A DNA stretch of 64,000 nt, from the NCBI GenBank assembly GCA_963697895.1, contig OY969100.1, positions 1,792,001 to 1,856,000 on the forward strand. The letters are read 5' to 3'. The translations under genes and the position numbers were made by a program. Under the pieces are notes generated by a model. It worked only from the letters and a program-made list of their open reading frames with translations, was not told the DNA's origin and ran no database searches. The stretch is from an uncultured Methanomicrobiales archaeon (GTDB lineage: Archaea; Halobacteriota; Methanomicrobia; Methanomicrobiales; Methanospirillaceae). Positions 1 to 10,942 of this stretch are shown piece by piece (the stretch's first letter is position 1; each line of letters begins with the position of its first letter).

Positions 1-1365
1 GGATAAGACGATCACCTGTTCCCGGGCTTCGTTATCAAGGATACCCAGTTTCTTGTGTTTTCTGTGGGGTGGCTTTTTCCTGTGAAATTGGGCGATCTTC
101 GCCATGATCAGGATCTCCCGGGGAGTAAAACCGGGAAGATCGGTATTCTGGATGATATACGCAGAATGTAACTGGTGATTGACATAGGAGATGAAAGAAC
201 CGATATCATGGAGAAATGTTGCATACTCCAGGAGCTCGCGTTCCCGGTCTGCAAAATGATGCAGGCCCAGGGCACGGGCAGAATCATAGAGCTCAAGCGC
301 AATGCGGGTGACATTCCGGGCATGAAATTCATTAATCCCGTACGAATGCCCGACCTGGAGGATGCTTCGCTGCCTGAGGTTCAGATCGCTGATGATCGGA
401 AAATTCTCCATCTGAGATAAATAGTCCACAATCAACCCATCCTGGAGGCCACGATTGGATACGGCAATCTGATCGATATCCAGTTCTTTGAGCAGGGTCT
501 CAAGGATTGCCGTCCCGCAGATGAGGATGTCGGCACGGTCAGGGTTGATACCGGGAAGCTTTTTCCGTTCTTTCAGCGGAAGTGAGCAAAGCATCGCGGA
601 TATCGCCTCTATTTCGGTCCGGCTGATGAAGATGGCATCTTCCTCATTCTTACGGGGGAACGCACGGCGGGCGATCTCTCCCAGGTTTATTACGGTGCCC
701 GAACTCCCGATCGCACAGTCTATCCTGAACTGCCGGGATTCCCTGATGACAGCGGCCATAGAATCCCGTACATAATCGCAGATCTGGCGATATTCCGATT
801 CGCTGACCGCCGCAACGTTTCCCCCCGGGAAGAACCTGTTCGAAAGCCGGATCGATCCCAGATCGATACTGTCGAGAAAGAAATGGCAGCGCTGGCTGCC
901 GATGGCAATTTCCGTGCTCCCTCCCCCGATATCGACAAACAGGGCGTGCTGGTCCCCTAGATTGATTCCACTGGAGACCCCGAGATAGATCAGGCGGGCC
1001 TCCTCCCGGCCGGAGATCACCCGCACGTCCACCCCGGTCTCCCGACGGAGCCTCCCCAGGAAGAGGTTCCGGTTCACGGCGTCCCGGGCCGCCGAGGTTG
1101 CAACGGCAACCACTTCTTCCGCTCCAAAGGACCGGGCCAGCTTGATGAACTGGGAGGTGACGAGGATCCCCCGGTCCATCGCCTCATCGCGGAGGATGTT
1201 TTCGGAGAATTCGCCTTCGCCGAGGCGGACCAGTTGTTTCTGCCGGGAGAGGATCGTGTATGAGCAGTCCCTGTTGATTCGGGCCACGAGGAGCCGTGTT
1301 GAATTGGTCCCGATATCGATAAAGGCCACGATACGAACCTTCGGGGAAGCGGGAGAACGAACCAT
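1..1365 (-). CDS. ppx: Ppx/GppA family exopolyphosphatase (3' end runs off window)
   Basis: Manual translation from ATG 1365: MVRSPASPKVRIVAFIDIGTNSTRLLV...VATSAARDA...ISGREEARLIYLG...DIGGGSTE; same frame open at the window edge (MAKIAQFHRK...); divergent from pst operon. Confidence 0.9.
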   Translation of the reverse strand, partial: MVRSPASPKVRIVAFIDIGTNSTRLLVARINRDCSYTILSRQKQLVRLGEGEFSENILRDEAMDRGILVTSQFIKLARSFGAEEVVAVATSAARDAVNRNLFLGRLRRETGVDVRVISGREEARLIYLGVSSGINLGDQHALFVDIGGGSTEIAIGSQRCHFFLDSIDLGSIRLSNRFFPGGNVAAVSESEYRQICDYVRDSMAAVIRESRQFRIDCAIGSSGTVINLGEIARRAFPRKNEEDAIFISRTEIEAISAMLCSLPLKERKKLPGINPDRADILICGTAILETLLKELDIDQIAVSNRGLQDGLIVDYLSQMENFPIISDLNLRQRSILQVGHSYGINEFHARNVTRIALELYDSARALGLHHFADRERELLEYATFLHDIGSFISYVNHQLHSAYIIQNTDLPGFTPREILIMAKIAQFHRKKPPHRKHKKLGILDNEAREQVIVLS

Positions 1366-1690
1366 GAGTATTTCAGTATGCAGCTTCTCATGATTAGAAA
1401 GATTCGGTCCGAAGCCAGGGGCTTCTCTCCCGATCACGCCTCTTTTGCACGTTCGTCGGGAACGGAGCGTGAATTACCGGCTTTGATGATCGTTCGGCAC
1501 ACCCGACAATAAGCAAGTTCAGGGTAATTCAATCGGTACAAGTGCACGATGATTCTCTTTAGATATCCTGGGTGTTTTTTACGGGGATTCCGTCCCCAGA
1601 TTCAGGAAGTATTTTCCCGGGAATATTGAGATATTCCCCAAAATCCGGGAAGACTTTCTCGCGGATACGTGATCTCGTACGGCTGATTAT

Positions 1691-1732
1691 CTATAATCTC
1701 TATTGATCACTATATCATATAGAGTTAAATAT
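1691..1732 (+). promoter_or_regulatory. pstS promoter with CTAT repeats/palindrome (candidate pho-box-like operator)
   Basis: CTAT at 1691, 1700, 1710; imperfect palindrome CTATATCATATAG 1710-1722; TATA-like TTAAATAT just downstream. Confidence 0.4.
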
Positions 1733-1787
1733 ATTCTATGGCGATAAAATGTATATATGCGGCGGCCCTTTTTCCCTTCGGAAAACC

Positions 1788-2663
1788 ATGAAAAAATTAC
1801 AGAAACATTCCGGTTTCATCGCCCTCGCGCTGGCAGGAATCCTCATTCTGATGCTCCTTGCAGCCGGTTGCACGGGAACCGGGGGAACTGTGACCCCCAC
1901 CCCGACAACTACGACCAAGACCTCCATCACCGTGACCGGCTCGACGACGGTTCTTCCCGTCGCCCAGGAAGCCGCGGATGACTATATGCTGATTCATCCG
2001 GATGCCAACATCCAGATCACCGGGGGAGGCTCCGGGGTGGGTGTCCAGGCGGCCGGCGAAAAGACCGCGGATATCGGGATGTCTTCCCGGGATGTCAAGC
2101 CCGATGAGATGAAGAAGTACCCGGACCTTGTCGCCATCCCCATCGGAAAAGACGGCCTGACGATGATCGTCAACCCCGCAAACCCGGTCAATTCCCTCAC
2201 GGCGGCACAGATTAAGGATATTTATACCGGGAATACCACGAACTGGAAACAGGTCGGCGGTTCCGATATGCCGATCGTCGTGATCGGAAGGGACAGTGCG
2301 TCCGGGACCCGGGACTATTTCACGAGCAGCATCATGGGCGGAGCGAACGCGACCAAGACGATGCTCGAAAAGAACTCGAACGGGGCGGTCACCCAGACAG
2401 TCGCCCAGACACCCGGCGCGATCGGGTATGTCGGGATCGGGTTTGTCGACCAGTACGTCAAGGCCCTGAAGATCGATATCAACGGAACCCTGTTCGAATC
2501 GACCGCGGATAATGTCCTCTCCGGGACGTACCCGTACTCGCGGTATCTCTACATGCTCACCTCCGGACAGCCGACCGGTCTTGCAAAGGACTACATCGAC
2601 TTCATCCTCTCGCCTCAAGGACAGGAGCACCTCAAGGTAGAGGGATACGTGCCGCTGAAGTGA
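1788..2663 (+). CDS. pstS: Phosphate ABC transporter substrate-binding lipoprotein
   Basis: LAAGC lipobox, TGSTTV, GGGSGVG, SSR, RDSASGT, YPYSRYLY motifs. Confidence 0.95.
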   Translation: MKKLQKHSGFIALALAGILILMLLAAGCTGTGGTVTPTPTTTTKTSITVTGSTTVLPVAQEAADDYMLIHPDANIQITGGGSGVGVQAAGEKTADIGMSSRDVKPDEMKKYPDLVAIPIGKDGLTMIVNPANPVNSLTAAQIKDIYTGNTTNWKQVGGSDMPIVVIGRDSASGTRDYFTSSIMGGANATKTMLEKNSNGAVTQTVAQTPGAIGYVGIGFVDQYVKALKIDINGTLFESTADNVLSGTYPYSRYLYMLTSGQPTGLAKDYIDFILSPQGQEHLKVEGYVPLK

Positions 2664-2754
2664 GCAGTCATCCTTAAACCCCATTATTTTTTGATGAACG
2701 CAATCCCCGGGTTAGAGGGACGAACCGATCGGAACAGGCCCTGCAAGAAGGTAT

Positions 2755-4698
2755 ATGATGGCAGCTGAAAGGAGCGGGTATCAGACGGCCGGATCTGTAT
2801 GGGGGAGATGGAAAGATCGGCTGATCAGATCCGTCTGGTTCATCTGTGCGATCTTTGCCGTCGTTGTCGTCTCGTTCATCCTCCTCTATCTCCTGTATAA
2901 CGGGTACCCTGCCTTCGTCGAGATCGGTCTTCAGGCATTTCTCTTCGGTACCACGTGGAACCCGACCGGCGTTCCTCCGTCCTACGGCATATTCCCCCTT
3001 ATCGTGGACACGATCCTCGTCATGATCGGCGCAATGGTGATCGCGGTCCCGCTGGGGATGGCCAGTGCCATCTTTATCTCCGAGCTGGCGGGGGACCGCC
3101 TGAAGAGCGTCATCAAACCGGCGGTTGAACTCCTCGCCGGCATCCCGTCGGTCGTGTACGGGTTCTTCGGGCTCGTGGTGCTCACGACCTGGATCCGGGT
3201 ATCCTTCGATATCCCGTCCGGGGAGACCTGGCTTGCCGGGTCGATCCTGCTCGGGATAATGGCCCTCCCGACGATCGTCAGCGTCTCCGAAGACGCGATC
3301 AGCGCGGTACCGCGGGAGTACAAGGAAGGCTCTCTCGCCGCCGGTGCCACCCGCTGGCAGACGATCAGCCGGGTGATCGTGCCTTCCGCCCTCTCCGGCA
3401 TCACCGCCGCGATCATACTCGGAATGGGACGGGCGATCGGGGAGACGATGGCCGTGCTCATGGTCACCGGAAATGCGGCAGTGATTCCGCAGCCCCTGTG
3501 GGATGTCCTCTCCCCGATCCGTACCCTCACGGCGACGCTCGGTATCGAGACCGGGGAGGTGCCGGTGGGAAGTCTCCACTACAGCGCCCTGTTCGGTATC
3601 GCCGTCGTCCTCCTCGTCATGACCCTCGCCATCAATATCATCGCCACGGTCATACTCGGCCGGATCCGGGCGGCACAGACCGGCGGTTCGGGGAAAAAAC
3701 CCTGGTTTACCGCGGACACCCGGAGCCGGATGACCAGGATCGCCCTATATTCCCTGTTTGCCCTTTTCGCCCTCCTGATCGTGAAAATCGCGGGGATCGG
3801 GCCCGGTCTCCTCACCATCTTCGCCATTGCAGTGCTCGCCCTCATCTGGAACCGGGTCTCCGCGCAGACCGGGCAGAAGATCGCGTATCTCTGTATCATC
3901 ATCGCGGTCGGGGTCGTCCTCGCCGCGCTCGGGGTCATCCTCCTCGATATCATCGTGAAAGGGATACCTGCACTCTCCTGGGAGTTTATCACCGGGTTTC
4001 CGGCCAATCTCGGCCGTTCCGGGGGGATCCTGCCGGCGATCGTCGGCACCATTTACCTGGTACTGGGGGCGATCGCGATCGCCCTCCCGATCGGGATCGG
4101 CGCCACCATCTACCTCTCCGAATACACCCGTGAGGGATGGGTCACCAAGGCCATCCGGACCGGGGTTGACCTCCTGAACGGCACCCCGTCGATCGTATTC
4201 GGGCTCTTCGGGTTCGCCTTCCTGGTGATCTTCCTCGGGTTCGGGGTATCCCTCCTCGCCGGCTGGATCACCCTGGCCATCATGGTGCTCCCGACGATCA
4301 TCCGCACGAGCGAGGAGTCGCTGAAGAGTGTTCCGAATTCCATCCGCGAGGGGAGCCTGGCGCTGGGAGCGACACAGTGGCAGACGATCCGGAAGGTCGT
4401 CCTGCCGCCGGCGGTGCCCGGGATCATCACCGGGACCATCCTCTCGATCGGACGGGCCGCCGGAGAGACAGCACCGATCCTCTTCACCGCGGTGGTATTT
4501 TCCACCCGGTTCCTCCCGAGCTCGATCTTCGAGCCCGTGATGGCCCTTCCCTACCACCTGTACATCCTCTCCACGAGTATACCAGGGGCACAGGCGAACG
4601 CGTACGCGACGGCTCTCGTCCTCCTGATCCTCGTGATCCTCTTCTACGGTGGTGCGATCCTGATTCGCAATTACTATCATAAAAAAATGAAATGGTGA
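2755..4698 (+). CDS. pstCA: Fused phosphate ABC permease PstC-PstA
   Basis: 647 aa with two permease halves ([10 protein letters not shown]...[10 protein letters not shown]; [10 protein letters not shown]...GRAAGETAP). Confidence 0.93.
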   Translation: MMAAERSGYQTAGSVWGRWKDRLIRSVWFICAIFAVVVVSFILLYLLYNGYPAFVEIGLQAFLFGTTWNPTGVPPSYGIFPLIVDTILVMIGAMVIAVPLGMASAIFISELAGDRLKSVIKPAVELLAGIPSVVYGFFGLVVLTTWIRVSFDIPSGETWLAGSILLGIMALPTIVSVSEDAISAVPREYKEGSLAAGATRWQTISRVIVPSALSGITAAIILGMGRAIGETMAVLMVTGNAAVIPQPLWDVLSPIRTLTATLGIETGEVPVGSLHYSALFGIAVVLLVMTLAINIIATVILGRIRAAQTGGSGKKPWFTADTRSRMTRIALYSLFALFALLIVKIAGIGPGLLTIFAIAVLALIWNRVSAQTGQKIAYLCIIIAVGVVLAALGVILLDIIVKGIPALSWEFITGFPANLGRSGGILPAIVGTIYLVLGAIAIALPIGIGATIYLSEYTREGWVTKAIRTGVDLLNGTPSIVFGLFGFAFLVIFLGFGVSLLAGWITLAIMVLPTIIRTSEESLKSVPNSIREGSLALGATQWQTIRKVVLPPAVPGIITGTILSIGRAAGETAPILFTAVVFSTRFLPSSIFEPVMALPYHLYILSTSIPGAQANAYATALVLLILVILFYGGAILIRNYYHKKMKW

Positions 4699-5540
4699 TC
4701 TCAATGACCATATCCGAACCCAAAAATATCGTCCCGCCGATGGTTATGCCCCGGGAGGCGGACGAAGAGATTTCCCCGGAAAAACCCGGGGAGATCATAG
4801 AGACCCGGAACCTTAACCTCTGGTACGGGGAAACGCAGGCGCTCAAAGAGGTCAGCATCCGGATCCTGAAAAACCGCGTGACTGCCCTGATCGGCCCTTC
4901 CGGCTGCGGAAAATCCACCCTTCTCCGGTGCTTCAACCGGATGAACGAGTTGATCGATACCTGCCGTATCGATGGCCTGGTCAACTTCCACGGCACGAAT
5001 ATCTATGGTCCGGGTATGGACCCGGTGGATATCCGGCGGAAGATCGGCATGGTCTTCCAGAAGCCGAACCCGTTCCCAAAGTCTGTCTACGAGAACGTCG
5101 CGTACGGCCCGAAGGTGCACGGTATGCGGGACCGGAGGAGACTCGATGCGATCGTTGAAGAGAGCCTGAGAAAGGCGGCGATCTGGGACGAGGTGAAAGA
5201 CCGGCTGCATGACTCGGCGATGGGGTTGTCCGGAGGGCAGCAGCAGCGGCTCTGCATCGCCCGGACCATTGCGGTGGAGCCGGAAGTGATCCTCATGGAC
5301 GAGCCGTGTTCTGCACTCGACCCGATCGCGACGGCAAAGATCGAGAGCCTGATCGATGAACTGAAGAAACAGTACTCGGTGATCATCGTCACCCACAACA
5401 TGCAGCAGGCATCCCGGGTGAGCGACTATACCGGCTTCATGTACCTCGGGCAGCTCGTAGAATGCGGGGTGACGAAGACGATATTTGAGCATCCGAAGGA
5501 GAAACTGACCGAGAATTATATCACGGGCCGGTTCGGATAG
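4692..5540 (+). CDS. pstB: Phosphate ABC transporter ATPase
   Basis: [39 protein letters not shown]; exact start uncertain. Confidence 0.96.
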   Translation: MVISMTISEPKNIVPPMVMPREADEEISPEKPGEIIETRNLNLWYGETQALKEVSIRILKNRVTALIGPSGCGKSTLLRCFNRMNELIDTCRIDGLVNFHGTNIYGPGMDPVDIRRKIGMVFQKPNPFPKSVYENVAYGPKVHGMRDRRRLDAIVEESLRKAAIWDEVKDRLHDSAMGLSGGQQQRLCIARTIAVEPEVILMDEPCSALDPIATAKIESLIDELKKQYSVIIVTHNMQQASRVSDYTGFMYLGQLVECGVTKTIFEHPKEKLTENYITGRFG

Positions 5541-5547
5541 GGGCACC

Positions 5548-6198
5548 ATGTCGGACAAATTTCATACAGAACTGGCGGAGACGAAGGAGGAAGTCCTCTC
5601 CCTGGGACATCTCGCGGAGGAGATGCTGGAAAAATCCGTCAGGGCTCTGGAGGACCGGGACATGGATCTTGCGGAGTGGGTGAAAGGGCAGAAGAGAGAT
5701 CTCTCCGGCCGGAACGATCGCATCGAGGAGGAGATCTACCAGATCATCGCGATCTACCAGCCCGTGGCAAAGGATATGCGGATGATCGCGTGTTCCCTCG
5801 GCCTCATCTCGTCATCCGAGCGGATAGGCCGGTACGGGAAGGATATCGCAAACATCGTGGTGGCCATCGGAGACGAGCCCGAGGTCGGAAACCTCGTCAG
5901 TATCCCGCACATGGCGGACCTGGTCCTCTCGATGATCGACGACGCGCTGTCGGCCTACGAGACCGGAGAACTCGCCTTAATCCGGAATCATTCACGGCGG
6001 GACGACGTGGTCGATGCGCTCCGGCACTCGATCTTCCGGGAATGCATCACGTACATGATGGAAGATCCCAAGACCATCACCCGGTGCACCAACTACGTGA
6101 TGGTCGCCCGCTACCTGGAGCGGAGCGCCGATCATTCGTGCAAAATGGCAGAAAAGATCCATTACATGATTACAGGGGAGCGGGTCGGGATAAAGTAG
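5548..6198 (+). CDS. phoU: Phosphate uptake regulator PhoU
   Basis: YQPVAKDMR, ERIGRY, ARYLERSADH; follows pstB. Confidence 0.93.
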   Translation: MSDKFHTELAETKEEVLSLGHLAEEMLEKSVRALEDRDMDLAEWVKGQKRDLSGRNDRIEEEIYQIIAIYQPVAKDMRMIACSLGLISSSERIGRYGKDIANIVVAIGDEPEVGNLVSIPHMADLVLSMIDDALSAYETGELALIRNHSRRDDVVDALRHSIFRECITYMMEDPKTITRCTNYVMVARYLERSADHSCKMAEKIHYMITGERVGIK

Positions 6199-6794
6199 GG
6201 ATAGAAAACGGTTTTTACTTCGCGGTCACTAAACCTTTGGCGGGCAGAAAGAAATCTTTTGTAACAGAGGGGGTCTTCTTATCATCTATACAGGTAATTC
6301 CTTCCGGTCCCGTTCATCGGAGGTAGATGATATCGCCCTTTCCGGATCTAAATATTCTCCTTGGAATTTTGTGCCAGCAGATCCCCATGAGGCAGTTGAA
6401 TGTACTGCTGGTGCGATATCAGGATCATAGACCAGATTTAAGCCCGGTCCGCGAGTTTAGCGGAGATCGTTTTTTTTATATCCTCTTTCTTGCAGAATGG
6501 GAAAGATCCCCCCGATTCGGGGGATGAACCTTAATTTCCCATAAAAAAACACTTGGAAAGAATCTTCGTGATGGCGTGAATATGGCTCTTAAAGGCCGAA
6601 AATTGTGAAAAGCGATGAAAAGCCGGCTATTGAAAAACCCGTGCCATCTCCGGACGTCATGAAGAAAGTAAACCATATCAACTTTACTTGTATAAAAATC
6701 AAGAATAAAATAACAAAATTTTTCCCATAACCTGCCGAGAAGAATACGATACTCGTCACATCAAGGCCCTTATTCGGGGAGGTTTCAGCATATC

Positions 6795-7652
6795 GTGTCA
6801 TTTCCGCATAGATGTTCTATGGGAAGAACAGAATCTGCACCAGGTTTCCTGTATGCACACGTGCTTTTCCTCCTCATGCTATTCTTCATTAGTGCCGCAC
6901 CGGGGGCCATGGCAACAACAACATCACTCCATATCCAGAAGATCGGCGTCGATGGTAAGACGATCCTTGCGGAAAAGACCGTGGATTACCGCTGGATGGA
7001 ACAAAATCTCCCGATTGAAGGGGATGGAACAGTCCATTATTATCACCAGGGCCCGATATTTGCCGATGATCCTGATCCGGCAGCGGAGGAACTCTTGCGA
7101 TGGAATCACCCGGAGGACCGGAATGTCCGGGAAAAGGATATGGGCGCCGTGAAGGGGACAAAACTACCGGATCTGACCGACCTGGTGGGGGGAATGAACC
7201 CGGGCGATACCGTCCGGGTGAAGGCGGATGACGGCTTTTCACGGACCTTTGCCTATGAAAATGTCTATAACCCTCCCCCGAGGCAGGGTCCGATGGTGAT
7301 CACCTGGTTCCGGGCGGATGATGGCTACGTTCCCAATTATACGACGGGTATGCGTCTGGTATTCTTTGCAGATAACGCCACCAACCCGTGGGGTATCCAC
7401 GCATTCGGAAACTGGGACTGGCACGAATCGGCGGCGACCGAATACTGGTATTACTATATCCAGGGGAACGAACGGTACCCGACCACGACCGGACTTTCTG
7501 TACAGTCGGTCTCGGAAATTACGGTCTACCAGGGGAATAATTCCGCAGGATCGGGTACTAATGCAACATCCGGGCCATCTCCCGGTCTCGAGGCACTTTT
7601 GATCGTCTGTGCGCTCGGGCTCGCCGGTATATTCCTTATGAGGAGTCGATAG
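6795..7652 (+). CDS. Secreted, C-terminally anchored protein of the locus-expanded QGP/KGT domain family (copy 1)
   Basis: Signal peptide; HYYHQGP, DMGAVKGT, KADDGF, WDWHE, YPTTTGLSV; C-terminal SPGLE + TM + RSR; start may be 6819. Confidence 0.8.
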   Translation: MSFPHRCSMGRTESAPGFLYAHVLFLLMLFFISAAPGAMATTTSLHIQKIGVDGKTILAEKTVDYRWMEQNLPIEGDGTVHYYHQGPIFADDPDPAAEELLRWNHPEDRNVREKDMGAVKGTKLPDLTDLVGGMNPGDTVRVKADDGFSRTFAYENVYNPPPRQGPMVITWFRADDGYVPNYTTGMRLVFFADNATNPWGIHAFGNWDWHESAATEYWYYYIQGNERYPTTTGLSVQSVSEITVYQGNNSAGSGTNATSGPSPGLEALLIVCALGLAGIFLMRSR

Positions 7653-7653
7653 C

Positions 7654-8518
7654 ATGTATCGCGAAAAAAAGTGTCTTTTCTGTGTCTGGTGTATTGTCAT
7701 CGTGCTGCTCGGGTGTGCCGGATGTCTGTTCATCCCTGTTTCGGCCGCCCCCACGTCCGAACTCCACATCCTCAAGCTCGCAGACAACGGGACGCGGATT
7801 TTGAATGAAACCACGGTCACCTGTCTATGGATGGAATCTCATCTCCCGGTATACGGGGACGGAAAGACGCACTACTACCACCAGGGGCCGGTCTTTGCCG
7901 AATCGAAGGAAGACCAGTGGGACCCGAATGAAACCACTAATTTCAAGGACATGGGTGCGGTGAAGGGAACGGCGGTCAAAGATCTCTGCGAACAGGTCGG
8001 AGGGATGGTCGCCGGCGATGAGGTGATGGTCAAGGCGGATGACGGCTACCACGTGGAATTCCCGTATGCAAATATCTATACCCCCGAGTCACGCCAGGGA
8101 GCCATCGCGGTCTGCTGGTTCAACGGAGAAGAATCGAGCTGTGGGTGAACGGCAGGGTACCGGCTACCCTCCTGATTATTATTCGGGCATGCGGATCGTC
8201 TTCTTTGCGGATAACACCACCAATGCGGGAGGACGGCACGTCTTCGGGAACGCGGACATGCGTGCGGTGATGCCCGCCGAATCGATACACCTGTTCGACA
8301 ACCTCTACCCCTCCACGAGTGGGTATACGGTGAAGTGGGTTGACGAGGTCCGCGTGTACCAGGGAGGATACCATGGCTCCGCCGATGCACTCCCGAAATC
8401 GTTCGCGGCGAAGACGAACGAATCGTATACCCCATCAGAAAAAAGCCCGTTATGGAGCATCTACGTCATAATCGCCCTCATATCCACGGCGTTTATCGCT
8501 TCCCGGAGGAGGAGATGA
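7654..8518 (+). CDS. QGP/KGT domain surface protein (copy 2), one frameshift near 8137
   Basis: ORFs 7654..8148 and 8039..8518 join into one paralog of 6795..7652; ends KSPLW + TM + RRRR. Confidence 0.75.
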
Positions 8519-9105
8519 TTCGGAGGCGCTTCAGGGTTGATCTTTTGGTTATCGCGGCCATCGTCATCCTGTCCGCATTGATCGCAGGATGTACAGGGAA
8601 CGGTACAGGGCCCCCATCTCAGACATCAGACCCCGCATTTGTGGACTGGCATCTCACGCTGAATGGTACCACAGGGAAAGTACTGACCCTGGAAGATCTG
8701 CGTGCCCTCCCGGCGGTCACGGGGCACGGGTATGCCGTTTCGACGACCGGAATCCGGTTTGGCCCCTATCTATGCACGGGAGTGGATCTTAGAGAACTCG
8801 TCTCCCTTGCGGGAGGCATGGAGCAGAACGACTCGGTCTGGGTATCCGCACCGGACGGGTACCTCTGGGTCTTCGATACCGAACAGCTCGAAGGGAGAGG
8901 GTTCATCACCATGAACGAATCCCTCCGGGAGATTCCCTCCCCTCCTCTCCGTATCATTCTCATGTATGAGCAGGATGGTAAGCCGCTTACGTACGATGAA
9001 GGTGGCCCGGCCCGGATCGCGATCGTGTCGGAGAAAAAAGGTATAGTTACCGAAGGGAGTGCCTGGGTCAAATGGGTCGATCGAATCGAGATTCACCGGA
9101 AATAA
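8515..9105 (+). CDS. Lipoprotein with molybdopterin-oxidoreductase (sulfite oxidase/MsrP fold)-like domain
   Basis: LIAGC lipobox; WHLTLNG...TGVDLRELV...SAPDGY...YEQDGKPL..GGPAR...WVKWVDRIE. Confidence 0.75.
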   Translation: MIRRRFRVDLLVIAAIVILSALIAGCTGNGTGPPSQTSDPAFVDWHLTLNGTTGKVLTLEDLRALPAVTGHGYAVSTTGIRFGPYLCTGVDLRELVSLAGGMEQNDSVWVSAPDGYLWVFDTEQLEGRGFITMNESLREIPSPPLRIILMYEQDGKPLTYDEGGPARIAIVSEKKGIVTEGSAWVKWVDRIEIHRK

Positions 9106-10115
9106 CGGCAATAATCAGATATGGCTCCCTGCTCCTCTCCCTCATGATAGTCATGGGGATTGCGGGGTGCCTATCGCAGGGGGAAGAAAAAGTTCCCCTG
9201 AAAGTCTTTGCTGCGGGAAGTCTGTTACTTCCGTTCGATCAGGCCGAGCACGAGTTTGAGCAGCTACATCCGGACATCGATGTCCAGATCGAGGGGCATG
9301 GCAGCATTCAGGTGATCCGGCAGGTCACGGACCTCCATCGTCCGGGGGACATGGTGGCCGTTGCAGACGAATCCCTGATCCCCGATATGATGTTCCGGCA
9401 GATGGACGATTCGGCAGGCAATTACTCCGATTCTCTCATCCCGTTCGGAAGAAACGAGATGGTGATAGTCTACACCAATAAGAGCCGGTACGCTGACGAA
9501 ATAAATGGAAATAACTGGTTTCGGGTACTTTCCCGGCCCGATGTCCGGGTGGGTATCGCGAACCCGATGCTTGATGCGTCGGGGTACCGGGCGTTGATGG
9601 TTACGATGCTTGCCGAGACCGAGTACCGGAACAGTACCATATTCGACCGGGTCATCGGAGACCATTTCTCCCCGCCTCTCAATGTGACCCGGAATGGATC
9701 TGATGTCCGCATCACGCTGCCGGAAGTCATGAAACCCTCGGACGATCATGTCGCGGTACGGGACGGGAGCATCTATCTGCTCTCGCTCCTCGAGACCGGC
9801 GGCATCGATTATGCGTTCGAGTACCGGAGTGTCGCCGAGGGCAATGACCTCAGGTGGATCAGTCTCCCTCCTTCCATCAACCTGGGGTCCGAAGCATATG
9901 AAGATCAGTATCGGACGGTCGCCGTGACCCTCGGTTTCCGGCGTTTCAGCACGATCGGAAGCGAGAGGACAGGGAGGCCGATCGTCTACGCCATGAGCAT
10001 TCCCCACACCGCTTCCCATCCTGAGATGGCCCAGGCATTCGCCGATTATATCGTCAATGAATCAAAGAAAGAACGCATTGGATGGCCTGCACCGTTGGGA
10101 GGAAGCAGCGGATGA
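9072..10115 (+). CDS. wtpA: Tungstate/molybdate ABC transporter substrate-binding protein
   Basis: IAGC lipobox, AAGSL, GSIQVIRQVTDL, DASGYR, IDYAFEYRSVA, INLG; true start probably downstream of 9072. Confidence 0.88.
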   Translation: MGRSNRDSPEITAIIRYGSLLLSLMIVMGIAGCLSQGEEKVPLKVFAAGSLLLPFDQAEHEFEQLHPDIDVQIEGHGSIQVIRQVTDLHRPGDMVAVADESLIPDMMFRQMDDSAGNYSDSLIPFGRNEMVIVYTNKSRYADEINGNNWFRVLSRPDVRVGIANPMLDASGYRALMVTMLAETEYRNSTIFDRVIGDHFSPPLNVTRNGSDVRITLPEVMKPSDDHVAVRDGSIYLLSLLETGGIDYAFEYRSVAEGNDLRWISLPPSINLGSEAYEDQYRTVAVTLGFRRFSTIGSERTGRPIVYAMSIPHTASHPEMAQAFADYIVNESKKERIGWPAPLGGSSG

Positions 10116-10942
10116 CTGCCCGGTTTGGAATCCCCCTGCCGGGGCGTCGGGTCGAATGGAGCATGGTCGCATTCTGGGCGATCGGGGCAATCCTCATCGG
10201 CCTCATATCTCTGGCGATCCTGGTCATCGCCCTCCCCAATCTCGTGCGCCCGGTGCACCTCGCCGAAACGGCGGCCGACCCGCTCGTGATATCAGCCCTC
10301 CTGGTCACCATGGTTGCCGGGCTGAATGCCGTCCTGATCCTGATCCTAACCGGAACCCCGCTCTCGTACGCCCTGTCAAGAACAGAATTCCGCGGAAAGG
10401 GAGTGGTCGAGAGCATCATTGACATCCCGCTCATCCTTCCCCACACGGTCGCGGGGTTGATGGTATATCTCCTCTTCATGACCAGGGGGGTGATCGGTGC
10501 CCCCTTCGCGAGTATCGGGGTGGTCTTCGAAGACGCTTACCCGGGAATCGTTGCAGCCATGGTGTTTGTGGCGATCCCCTACTATGTCAACTCGGTGCGG
10601 GAAGGATTCGAGAAGGTCCCGGTTCACCTGGAAAATGTGGCAAGGACGCTCGGGGCATCCCGGTTCCGGGCATTCTGGCACGTCGCAGTGCCGCTTTCGT
10701 TCCGGCACATCCTCTACGGTTCCCTGCTCGCATGGGGGCGGGCGATCGGAGAATTTGCCGCGGTGATCATGATTGCGTACTTCCCGATCGTGATCTCCAC
10801 GCTTATTTATTACCGGTTCAGCACGGGTGGCATCGTAGAGGCGAGCAGCATCGCATTTATCATGATCCTCGTATGTGCCGCGATCTTCGTATTGTTCCGG
10901 ATTCTCACGAAAAAGAGAGGCATCCGTGATGATCGGGCTTGA
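10112..10942 (+). CDS. wtpB: Tungstate/molybdate ABC transporter permease
   Basis: IDIPLILPHTVAG, ARTLGAS, WGRAIGEF. Confidence 0.88.
   Translation: MTARFGIPLPGRRVEWSMVAFWAIGAILIGLISLAILVIALPNLVRPVHLAETAADPLVISALLVTMVAGLNAVLILILTGTPLSYALSRTEFRGKGVVESIIDIPLILPHTVAGLMVYLLFMTRGVIGAPFASIGVVFEDAYPGIVAAMVFVAIPYYVNSVREGFEKVPVHLENVARTLGASRFRAFWHVAVPLSFRHILYGSLLAWGRAIGEFAAVIMIAYFPIVISTLIYYRFSTGGIVEASSIAFIMILVCAAIFVLFRILTKKRGIRDDRA

Noticed and set aside
108-1393. Short listed ORFs or a ppx pseudogene
   Set aside because: The ppx frame appears open from 1365 to the window edge; listed ORFs are shadows
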